Shown: piece after piece, positions 27,891 through 36,255 of the stretch
How the letters are laid out: every line of letters starts with the position of its first letter
Position numbering within the stretch: the first letter of the stretch is position 1
From: Actinomycetota bacterium
GTDB lineage: Bacteria; Actinomycetota; UBA4738; HRBIN12
Reading direction: 5' to 3'
NCBI GenBank assembly: GCA_036745475.1
Contig: DAIOFZ010000001.1
Location: 1,211 to 65,210, forward strand
DNA: 64,000 nt
Made by a program: the position numbers and the translations under genes
The notes under the pieces: generated by a model
Told to the model about the DNA's origin: nothing
The model's database searches: none
The model's input: the letters and a program-made list of their open reading frames with translations, nothing else

Positions 27891-28307
27891 CTAAAAGACG
27901 TCGACCCGATGCGCCGGCACCAGCGCCCTCACGGCCCTGATGAGCTCATCGGACTCGGGGTGGCGGTGCAACCGGACCGATCGGCCGGGGACCTCGTCGT
28001 GAGGCTGCAGGCCAAGCGCGATCACTTGGTGGCCGGCGAGGAGGTACACGTCGAGGAGCTCTTCAGCCGGCGTCCCTTCGATCAGGTCATCACCGTCGAG
28101 GCTCATGTCGAGGACGACGACCGAGGCTCCCTTGGCGAGTGGACACTCGAGGGTTCGGGCGCCGACGCACGTGTAGTCGGGTCCTGAGGGGCCCGGGCAC
28201 AGAGTGACCTCGAACCCATCGTCCTCGAGGCATGCGGCGAGCCGTTCCCCCTCCTGCTCGTCGGACTCCACGATCAGGGCCGTTCCGCGAAGTTCTTGCT
28301 CAGCCAT
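27891..28307 (-). CDS. atypical single-domain response-regulator receiver-like protein
   Basis: A CheY-like pattern is present (ALIVESDEQEG ... VVVLDMSLDG). It lies 29 nt upstream of the oxidase gene on the same strand. Confidence 0.5.
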   Translation of the reverse strand: MAEQELRGTALIVESDEQEGERLAACLEDDGFEVTLCPGPSGPDYTCVGARTLECPLAKGASVVVLDMSLDGDDLIEGTPAEELLDVYLLAGHQVIALGLQPHDEVPGRSVRLHRHPESDELIRAVRALVPAHRVDVF

Positions 28308-28417
28308 GCCTCGAAGTCTCAGGTTGGTCGGGGATCTCGCCTTGGGTCTTACGTCCCACCCGTCGGAGGCCCTTCGGCCCTCCTCGGCACATCCCCGCCG
28401 GCCGCATCCTCGGTCCC

Positions 28418-28894
28418 GTGTTCATCCGGTATTACCTCGAGCTGCAGCTCCCGTTCGATGAGGTGGAGCGCGCGCTGCTGGCCCACCCCGGATCGTGGCT
28501 GCCCGGCATGGCGACCGAAGCCGGAGACCAGGGCCAGCGACTCCTCGTCGACGTCGGGTTCGAGGTCGGTAACGACCGGCGGGTAGACCGGGAGGTAGTG
28601 ATCGATATCGGCGAACCTGTCTCGGTCCGATCCGAGTCGACGATGCTCCCGATCACCTGGAAGGCGAACCACGGCGTCGGCCCCGTCCCACAACTCGAGG
28701 CCGACATCGAGATCGCCACGCTCGGAGCCACGCGCACGCAATTGTCGATGAGCGCTCGCTACCGTCCCCCCTTGGGGATGATCGGACGGGCGCTCGACAA
28801 GGCGTTAATGCACCGCGTTGCCGAGGCTACGGTCAAGGACTTCCTGGACCGTGTAGGCGAGCGCCTCGCACTACGATCAGGTGCGCATCGTTAG
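28418..28894 (+). CDS. hypothetical protein (about 158 aa; possibly SRPBCC-like)
   Basis: An ORF is open with a GTG start after an R-rich out-of-frame-like leader. No confident family assignment was made from sequence alone. Confidence 0.35.
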   Translation: MFIRYYLELQLPFDEVERALLAHPGSWLPGMATEAGDQGQRLLVDVGFEVGNDRRVDREVVIDIGEPVSVRSESTMLPITWKANHGVGPVPQLEADIEIATLGATRTQLSMSARYRPPLGMIGRALDKALMHRVAEATVKDFLDRVGERLALRSGAHR

Positions 28895-28966
28895 CGGGTC
28901 TCAGCGGACACTGGTCGAAGGAACGCTCGGGTGGGCATGGCTCGGGCTAGAGACGGCGGTTCCTGA

Positions 28967-31690
28967 TCACGAGCCGGCGAGCATCTGACGGAGCACCATC
29001 TGCAAGATGCCGCCGTGCCGTTCGTAGTCCACCTCCGCGGCTCCGTCGACGCGCAGGACGGCCTCGAACGCCGTCTCCTCGCCGACCGGGCGGCGGGCGG
29101 TGACCCGCACGCGCTGCCCCGGCTCGATCCCACCCTCGATCCCCGAGACATTGAAGGTCTCAGTCCCGTCGAGCCCCAACGTCGCGGCCGAGTCCCCCGC
29201 CACGTACTCCAGCGGGAGCACCCCCATCCCGACCAGGTTGCTCCGGTGGATCCGTTCGAAGCTCTCCGCGATCACCGTCCGGACGCCGAGGAGCGCGGGA
29301 CCCTTGGCCGCCCAGTCGCGCGAGGAGCCACTGCCGTACTCCTTGCCGGCGAGGACGACCAGCGGAACACCCTCCTCCTGGTAGCGCATCGCCGCGTCGT
29401 AGATCGTCATCAGCGCGCCGTCGGGCAGGTGGGTGGTCCACGGACCCTCCCGATCCGGAACCAGGTCGTTGCGCAGACGGACGTTGGCGAACGTCCCGCG
29501 CATCATCACCTCGTGGTTCCCGCGCCGCGCGCCGTACGAGTTGAAGTCGCGCTGCTCGACGCCGTGGTCCACCAGGTACCGCCCCGCGGGCGAATCCGGT
29601 TTGATCGAGCCCGCCGGTGAGATGTGATCGGTCGTGATGGAGTCACCCACCTTGACGAGGCACCGCGCGCCGGCGATGTCCCCGGGTTCGGTCGGTGCCG
29701 GCTCGAGGTCCGCGAAGAACGGCGGCTCCCGCACGTAGGTCGAGTTCGGATCCCACGCGTACACGGGACCCTCGGGCGTGGGGAGGGCGCGCCACCGGTC
29801 GTCGCCGTCGAAGATCCGCCCGTACTCGCGATCGAACTGTTCCGCCGAGACCGACGCCGCGATCGCCGACCGGACCTCCTCGGGCGAGGGCCACAAGTCG
29901 CGCAGCGAGACCGGCGTGCCGTCCGCCGACGTCCCCAGGGGCTCGCTCGAGAGGTCGACCTCGACGTGTCCGGCCAGCGCGTAGGCGACCACGAGCGGCG
30001 GCGAGGCGAGGTAGCTCGCTCGGACCAGCGGATGGATCCGACCCTCGAAGTTGCGATTCCCCGAGAGCACCGCGACCACGGCGAGGTCGTTGTCCGTCAC
30101 CGCGCTCGCCACCTCGTCGGGCAACGGTCCGGAGTTCCCGATGCAGGTCGTGCATCCGAACCCCACGAGCGAGAAGCCGAGCTTGTCCAGGTAGGGCGTC
30201 AGCCCGGCCGCGTCGAGATACTCGGTCACCACGCGTGAACCCGGAGCGAGGGACGTCTTGACCCACGGCTTGGTGTCCAACCCCGCCTCGACGGCCTTCT
30301 TCGCGAGCAGGCCGGCGGCGATCATCACGGCGGGGTTCGAAGTGTTCGTGCAGCTGGTGATCGCGGCGATCACGACCGAACCGTGGCGGACGACGCCGTG
30401 GTTGAGCGGGACCGGCTCCTCGGTCCCCGGTTCCACGGTCTCGTCGAGATCGACCGCGACGTCCGGGTTCCCGCCCTCCTCCAGGAGCCGACCGACCTCG
30501 TTCGAGTCGGGGTCGGGTTCGAGCCGGTCTCGGAACGATCCGACGAACGAGCCCCACACGCGCGAGAGCGGGACGAGGTCCTGCGGTCGTTTCGGCCCGG
30601 CGACCGAGGGTTCGATCGCGTCGAGGTCGAGCTCGAGGACCTCGGTGAAGGTGGGCTCGGGATCCCCGTCACGCCGGAACAGGCCCTGCTCCTTCGTGTA
30701 GCGCTCGACGAGGTCGATCCGGTCGCCGCGACCCGTGAGCTCGAGGTAGCGCAGCGTCTCGCCGTCGACCGGCCAGAACGCGGAGGTGGCACCGTACTCC
30801 GGGCACATGTTCGACAGCGTGGCGCGATCCGCGAGCTCGAGGGTCGAGCAGCCGTCCCCGAAGAACTCGACGAACCTCCCGACGACGCCGTGCTCGCGGA
30901 GCATCTGGGTGAGCGTGAGGACCAGGTCGGTCGCCGTCGTGCCGGCCGGGAGTGCGCCCGAGACCCGGACCCCCACGACCAGCGGCGTCGGCAGGAACAT
31001 CGGCTGGCCGAGCATCGCGGCCTCGGCCTCGATCCCGCCCACGCCCCACCCGAGGACCCCCAGCCCGTTCACCATCGTCGTGTGCGAGTCCGTCCCGACG
31101 AGCGTGTCCGGGAGCGCCACGCCGTCCTGCACCGCGACCACCCGCCCGAGGTGCTCGAGGTTCACCTGGTGACATATCCCCGCACCGGGCGGGACCACGC
31201 GGATGCCGTCGAACGCCTGCTGTGCCCATCGCAGCAACGCGTACCGTTCCCCGTTGCGCCGGTACTCCCACTCGATGTTCGCCTCGTACGCCTCCGGCGA
31301 GCGGAACAGGTCGACCTGCACCGAGTGATCGATGATCAGATCCACGTCCACCAGCGGGGAAACCCTGGGCGGGTCGCCGCCGGCACGCTCCATCGCCGAT
31401 CGCATCGCGGCCAGGTCGACGACCGCGGGCACGCCCGTGAAGTCCTGCATCAGCACCCGAGAGGGCATGAAGGCAAGGTCGGCGCGCGGCGCCTCCCGCG
31501 GCCAGGACGCGAGTGCTCGGACGTCATCTTCCGAGACGTCGCGGGTACCGGCCCGGCGGAGCAGGTTCTCGAGCAGGATCTTGACGGTGTGCGGGAGCCG
31601 ATCGAGCTCGGCCACCTCCGCGAGCCGGTAGAGCTCGATCCGACCGTCTCCGGTCTCCAGTCGGGTCCGGGCAGCGAACGGGTCACTCAC
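28967..31690 (-). CDS. acnA: aconitate hydratase A
   Basis: 907 aa. The Fe-S cluster ligand regions (ITSCTNTSNP, GFGCTTCIGNSG) and the swivel-domain motifs (GDSITTDHISPAG, RGNHEVMMRGTF) are classic for AcnA. Confidence 0.9.
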   Translation of the reverse strand: MSDPFAARTRLETGDGRIELYRLAEVAELDRLPHTVKILLENLLRRAGTRDVSEDDVRALASWPREAPRADLAFMPSRVLMQDFTGVPAVVDLAAMRSAMERAGGDPPRVSPLVDVDLIIDHSVQVDLFRSPEAYEANIEWEYRRNGERYALLRWAQQAFDGIRVVPPGAGICHQVNLEHLGRVVAVQDGVALPDTLVGTDSHTTMVNGLGVLGWGVGGIEAEAAMLGQPMFLPTPLVVGVRVSGALPAGTTATDLVLTLTQMLREHGVVGRFVEFFGDGCSTLELADRATLSNMCPEYGATSAFWPVDGETLRYLELTGRGDRIDLVERYTKEQGLFRRDGDPEPTFTEVLELDLDAIEPSVAGPKRPQDLVPLSRVWGSFVGSFRDRLEPDPDSNEVGRLLEEGGNPDVAVDLDETVEPGTEEPVPLNHGVVRHGSVVIAAITSCTNTSNPAVMIAAGLLAKKAVEAGLDTKPWVKTSLAPGSRVVTEYLDAAGLTPYLDKLGFSLVGFGCTTCIGNSGPLPDEVASAVTDNDLAVVAVLSGNRNFEGRIHPLVRASYLASPPLVVAYALAGHVEVDLSSEPLGTSADGTPVSLRDLWPSPEEVRSAIAASVSAEQFDREYGRIFDGDDRWRALPTPEGPVYAWDPNSTYVREPPFFADLEPAPTEPGDIAGARCLVKVGDSITTDHISPAGSIKPDSPAGRYLVDHGVEQRDFNSYGARRGNHEVMMRGTFANVRLRNDLVPDREGPWTTHLPDGALMTIYDAAMRYQEEGVPLVVLAGKEYGSGSSRDWAAKGPALLGVRTVIAESFERIHRSNLVGMGVLPLEYVAGDSAATLGLDGTETFNVSGIEGGIEPGQRVRVTARRPVGEETAFEAVLRVDGAAEVDYERHGGILQMVLRQMLAGS

Positions 31691-31702
31691 GGTTCCATGC
31701 TC

Positions 31703-32203
31703 TCAGACGCCTCGGCGAAGCTCGGCGATCGCCTCACGATGCCCGATCCTGGTCTCGCGCCGGATCTTGGCCTCGTGCTGACGACGCCGCTCCTCCTCGG
31801 TCTCGGCGATCAGCGGCGGGACCGGTCTCGGGTTGCCCTCGTCGTCGAGCGCTACGAACACGAGGTACGCGCTGGAGGTGTGGGTCCTCGTGCCCGTCTC
31901 GAGCTCCTCGGATTCGACGCGGACGCCGACCTCGAGCGAGGTCGTCCCCACGTCGTTCACCGACGCCTCCACGGTCACGGTGTCCCCCACGTGAACCGGC
32001 GCGAGGAACGACATCTCGTCCATCGAGACCGTTACGCACATGCCCCCGGCGTGTTTGAACGCGGCGAGCCCCGCGGCGGTGTCGACGAGCTTCATCACAA
32101 CGCCCCCGTGGACGAGCCCGGCGATGTTCGCGTCGGTGATCTCCATCAGCTGGACGAGCGTCACCTGGCTCGAGGCCACGCGTCGGGGTTCGAGATGCCC
32201 CAC
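31703..32203 (-). CDS. hotdog-fold acyl-CoA thioesterase (YciA-like)
   Basis: The pattern LVQLMEITDANIAGLVHGGVVMKLVDTAAGLAA...VSMDEMSF matches the YciA/BFIT acyl-CoA hydrolase family. Confidence 0.7.
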   Translation of the reverse strand: MGHLEPRRVASSQVTLVQLMEITDANIAGLVHGGVVMKLVDTAAGLAAFKHAGGMCVTVSMDEMSFLAPVHVGDTVTVEASVNDVGTTSLEVGVRVESEELETGTRTHTSSAYLVFVALDDEGNPRPVPPLIAETEEERRRQHEAKIRRETRIGHREAIAELRRGV

Positions 32204-32235
32204 GTGCGGATTCTAGGCGGCGGGGCGCCGGTAGC

Positions 32236-33024
32236 ATGCCCCGCGTGCGTCGACTCCTCCCCCTCGTCGCGATCCTCGCCATCGCCGGGGCGGTCTGTTC
32301 GGGTTCGGACGAGCCGCCCCGTACACCGTCCGGAACGATCGCTCCGACGACCACGCAGACCACGCCGTCACCCACACCCAGCGCCGAGCCCTCGATCCCG
32401 GACCCCGGTCCCGCCGAGGATCCCGACGTTCGGCTGCCCGAAGGCATGCCGGCGATCGTGGACGACGCCGACGACCTCGCGCTGATCGCGTCGGGGGACT
32501 TCACCCCGCTCCTTCCCCCCGGTGCGAGCCACGGGAGCCGCGTCGCCCTTCGAGACCCGATCGAGCAGATCGTCCTGACCTGGTCGGACGGGGGCCCGCT
32601 CCGTCGGCGGAACGGGCTCATCGTGTGGCAGCGACCCGAGAACGCGGGCTGGCACGCCGTGTACGCCTTCACGGATCCGGCGCGCTTCGGTGTGTTCGGT
32701 ATCCGCGTCGACGCCGGCGAGCTGACGGATGACGCGATCGCCGACGTCCTGAGCTTCGAGGACGTCGGGGGCAGCGGCGCCTGCGGGACGTACCGTGTGA
32801 TCGCCTCCACCCTGGGCGACGCGAGTGAGATCTTCCGCCGCGACGTGTGCGACACGCAGATCGCGATCTCCGGCGGTGACCTCCGGATCCGCGAGGCCGT
32901 CTTCCACGCAGACGACCCGCATTGCTGCCCGAGCGCGTTCCGCGAGTCGACCTTGCGCTGGAACGGGACCTCGTGGGACGAGGTCTGGTCCGAGGTCGTC
33001 CCGAACGACCTCGGGGGGCGCTGA
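32236..33024 (+). CDS. secreted/lipoprotein-like hypothetical protein
   Basis: A signal peptide is present (LLPLVAILAIAGAVCSGS), followed by a Pro/Thr-rich linker. The C-terminal domain has 6 Cys. Confidence 0.5.
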   Translation: MPRVRRLLPLVAILAIAGAVCSGSDEPPRTPSGTIAPTTTQTTPSPTPSAEPSIPDPGPAEDPDVRLPEGMPAIVDDADDLALIASGDFTPLLPPGASHGSRVALRDPIEQIVLTWSDGGPLRRRNGLIVWQRPENAGWHAVYAFTDPARFGVFGIRVDAGELTDDAIADVLSFEDVGGSGACGTYRVIASTLGDASEIFRRDVCDTQIAISGGDLRIREAVFHADDPHCCPSAFRESTLRWNGTSWDEVWSEVVPNDLGGR

Positions 33025-33181
33025 GCGAACCCTCGAAGGCTCCGCCCCGTCGCCCGGTCGCCCGTCCACCGGTCGACGGACCGCCGCGGAACTCGTGCGG
33101 CGAAGGGCTTACGTCGGCCCCCTGACCGGCCGATACAGGGAGCGATCGCGGCGATCGACGTACGGAAGGCAGGACCTGAGC

Positions 33182-36100
33182 GTGAGCGTTGCCGTTGGAG
33201 CGCGGAGAGTGGCATCCGCGGTGCTCGCACTTGCCCTCGCAGGTGCGGCCGCGCTCGCGTATCTGCAGGCCGGCGAGGTGGACGACCGGCTGTCGCTCGA
33301 AACGCGTCGGACCGCCGAACATGCCGCCGAGGCCGTCGCGTCGAGGCTCACGACCGAGGACGTCGAGCGCCCGATGGGCGGGACCCGGGCCGACGAGATC
33401 TCCTCGTTCGTCGAGCAGCGGCTGCTCGACCCGAGCGAATCGGTCACGATCTGGAGCACCGACGCGGTCGTCGTGTTCGCGGCGGATCCCTCCCTGATCG
33501 GCACCCAGGACGGTCGACTCAGCGCCCAGATCTCGCGTGCCCTCTCGAACGGGACCCAGACCGAGACCAGGGACGGATCCCTGCACGCCTTCGTCGCCGT
33601 CGTGGTGAGTGAGGGGACGCGGCTCGTGGCCGAGGTCATCCGTCCGGACGAGGCCTCGTCTGCCGGTCGGCCCTGGATCTACGCGTCGATCGCCGCCGGC
33701 CTGCTCGCGTTCCTGGCACTGCTCGGGGCCATCCGCACCTCCTCCGGCCGTGAGACCTCTCGATCCGGCGGGTTCGGCGCTGACGACCTACGCCGGGAGC
33801 GCACGACCCTGCTGCAGGTGCAGGGGGCGCTCGAGCTGTCACGGACCGCGGAGGCGAACCTGCGGAGCGAGCTCGAGCGCGTGGCAGGCGAGCTCGCCCA
33901 GACCAAGGACGCGCTGGCCGCCAAGGAGGCCTCCGTCGGTGAGGTCGACTCGAGGATCCGGGCCGCCGAGGAACAGGCGGCGCGCGCCGAGGCCGAGCTC
34001 CGTGCGGGCGTGACCGTCCGCGAGAAGGTCGCTCGGCTGATCGAGACCGAGCTCCAGACCACACGGGCAGAGTTGGCGGTCGTCAAGCACCAGCACGAGG
34101 AGGCGCAGCGGCAGCTCGAGTCGGGGCGGATGGCCGAAGCCGAGCGCGAGGCCGCGGCCGCCGAGCGCGATGCCCTCGCGGCGGAACGCGACGCGATCGC
34201 CGCCGAGCGGGATGCCCTCCGGGGTCTCGACGAACGCCTCCGCGGTGAGCTGGACGCCGCGAGGGCGAACCTCGACATCCTCGGCCGCGAGATGACGGAG
34301 CTCGGCGACCGGTATCAGGAATCGGCTGCTCGAGCCGCCCACGCCGAGGCCAAGGTGCTCGACATGAACGCCGATCTCCGCGAGATCGGAGACCGGCCGG
34401 ACCTCACGAGCGAGCTCCTGCAGACCCGCACCGAGCTCGACAGGACGAAGAAGGAGCTCGGCGCGGCGCTGCAGGAGGTGGAGACGCTCGGGCAGCAGTT
34501 GGCGGTCTCCCGCGGCGACCTCGAGGTCGTTCGCGGGGGGCAGGAGCTCGGCTCCGCGGCGCTCGACGAGGCGCGCGAGAAGCTCTCGGCGTCGAAGGCC
34601 GCGCTCGAGATCGCACGGTCGAACGAGGAGCGAGCCCTGGCCGAAGCGGCCGAGGCGCGCTCCTCGTTCGACGTCATCTCGGCGGATCTGTCGACGTCGC
34701 ACGAGGAAGCGGAAGCGGCCATGGCCGAGGCGACGGCGCTCACCTGGCGGCTGGACGAACAGGTCGTGCGTGCGGCCAGCGCTGAGGCCAGGGTGTCCGA
34801 GCTGTCGCAGCGGGTCACCGAGCTCGAGTCCCGGCCGGACCGCACCCCCGCGCTCGAGGAGGCGAAGGCGGCGCTGGAGACGGCGAAGGATCAGCTGGCG
34901 CATCGCGACGCGCAGTTCGCCGAGGCGCGGAGCGAGCTCGACGCAGTTTGGATGTCGCTGCAGGCCGCCACCGCGAAGACCGACGCGCTCGAGGGCGAGG
35001 TCGAGCGGGCAGAGGCCAGGGCGGCGGAGCTCGCCGCGGAGATCGAACTTCGGGACGCGAGAGGTGCGGAGCTCGGGGGGGAGGTCGGGCGAGCCGAGGC
35101 TCGGGCCCAGGCTGCCGAGGCCCGCGCGATCGATCTCTCCGGCCGGATCGAGGCGGGCGACACCCGTCTGCACGAGCAAGAAGATCGCGCCGAGCGCGCC
35201 GAAGGGCTCGTCACGGAGCTCGCGGCCCGGGCGGAACGAGCGGAGGTCCGGGCGGACGAGATGGCCGAGCGGGCCGAGGCAGCGGAGATCGCCGCCACCC
35301 TCGAGCACGAGAGCCCGGAGCTCGTGGGCGCGCGAGCCGAGGTCGAGAACCTGACGGCCGGGCTCGCTGCCGTCATAAGCGAGCTCGACGCCGCGGCGAT
35401 GTTCGCCAGTGCGCTCGTGCAACGTAACGAGGAGCTCGAGGAGCAGGTGGCGTCGCAGGCCGTCGAGGCCGAGGTCGAAGCCGCCGATGCCCGGGCGCGA
35501 TTGCTCGAGACCCGGGAATCGCTCGCCCGGCTCCAGGAGACCGTCGAGCATCGTGACGAGCTCGGATCCTTCGTCCAGGAGGCCCCGTCGATGACTCCCA
35601 GCGCCGCGACCGAGGTCGCGGACGCGCTCTCGGTCAACGTGAAGCGTTCGCTGTCGGCGATCTTCGAACTCGCCCGAACCCTGTCCACAGGACAGGAGAG
35701 CAAGGACGACGAGCGGTTGCTCTATCAACTGATGACGCAGGCCAAGCGGATGGAGCACGCGATCCGTGACATCTTCGACGCGGATCGGCTCACGCGTGGC
35801 GAGCTCGTGCTCGAGCGCCGCAGCACCGATATCGACGCGCTGGTGCGCCGCGTGGTCAGCGAGTTTCCGTTCGCCGACGACCGCGACCTCGACGTCGCTG
35901 TCGAGCCGGCGACGATCATGGTCGACCGCGTTCGCGTGGAGCGCCTGGTGGACGACCTGCTCACCTCGGTCGTCGGGCGCACCGAGGCCGGTGATCGCAT
36001 CGCGCTCGCCCTCGAACGATCCCCCGACGGCGTGCTCATCTCGGTGGAGGGCGGGACCCCCCTGAACGGGGACGGAACCGCCGAGGCGGCCGCGGCGTTC

Positions 36101-36241
36101 CTGGCCGAGCTCCACGGGGGGTGGGCCAGGGCCGAGCGGCTCTCGGACGGGACGGGGGTGGTCCGGGCGTTCCTGCCCAGCGGTCGGAACGCCGGCACGG
36201 CGGATGGCGCCGATCCCGAGACTGCCGCGGCCCTCGGCTGA
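33182..36241 (+). CDS. membrane-anchored giant coiled-coil protein with a C-terminal degenerate histidine-kinase-like (HisKA/HATPase_c) module
   Basis: The N-terminus has two TM helices (VASAVLALALAGAAALAYL, WIYASIAAGLLAFLALLGAI) flanking an extracytoplasmic domain of about 150 aa. About 700 aa follow with heptad-repeat and AERDA-repeat composition. The C-terminus has an H-box-like SVNVKRSLSAI lacking the His, an N-box-like LVDDLLTSVVGRT, a G1-like ISVEGGTPLNGDG and a G2-like FLAELHGGWARAE. The GTG start at 33182 has a GGAAGG 11 nt upstream. The track ORF start at 32825 overlaps the previous gene. Confidence 0.65.
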   Translation: MSVAVGARRVASAVLALALAGAAALAYLQAGEVDDRLSLETRRTAEHAAEAVASRLTTEDVERPMGGTRADEISSFVEQRLLDPSESVTIWSTDAVVVFAADPSLIGTQDGRLSAQISRALSNGTQTETRDGSLHAFVAVVVSEGTRLVAEVIRPDEASSAGRPWIYASIAAGLLAFLALLGAIRTSSGRETSRSGGFGADDLRRERTTLLQVQGALELSRTAEANLRSELERVAGELAQTKDALAAKEASVGEVDSRIRAAEEQAARAEAELRAGVTVREKVARLIETELQTTRAELAVVKHQHEEAQRQLESGRMAEAEREAAAAERDALAAERDAIAAERDALRGLDERLRGELDAARANLDILGREMTELGDRYQESAARAAHAEAKVLDMNADLREIGDRPDLTSELLQTRTELDRTKKELGAALQEVETLGQQLAVSRGDLEVVRGGQELGSAALDEAREKLSASKAALEIARSNEERALAEAAEARSSFDVISADLSTSHEEAEAAMAEATALTWRLDEQVVRAASAEARVSELSQRVTELESRPDRTPALEEAKAALETAKDQLAHRDAQFAEARSELDAVWMSLQAATAKTDALEGEVERAEARAAELAAEIELRDARGAELGGEVGRAEARAQAAEARAIDLSGRIEAGDTRLHEQEDRAERAEGLVTELAARAERAEVRADEMAERAEAAEIAATLEHESPELVGARAEVENLTAGLAAVISELDAAAMFASALVQRNEELEEQVASQAVEAEVEAADARARLLETRESLARLQETVEHRDELGSFVQEAPSMTPSAATEVADALSVNVKRSLSAIFELARTLSTGQESKDDERLLYQLMTQAKRMEHAIRDIFDADRLTRGELVLERRSTDIDALVRRVVSEFPFADDRDLDVAVEPATIMVDRVRVERLVDDLLTSVVGRTEAGDRIALALERSPDGVLISVEGGTPLNGDGTAEAAAAFLAELHGGWARAERLSDGTGVVRAFLPSGRNAGTADGADPETAAALG

Positions 36242-36255
36242 GCCGAGCGCCCCCC

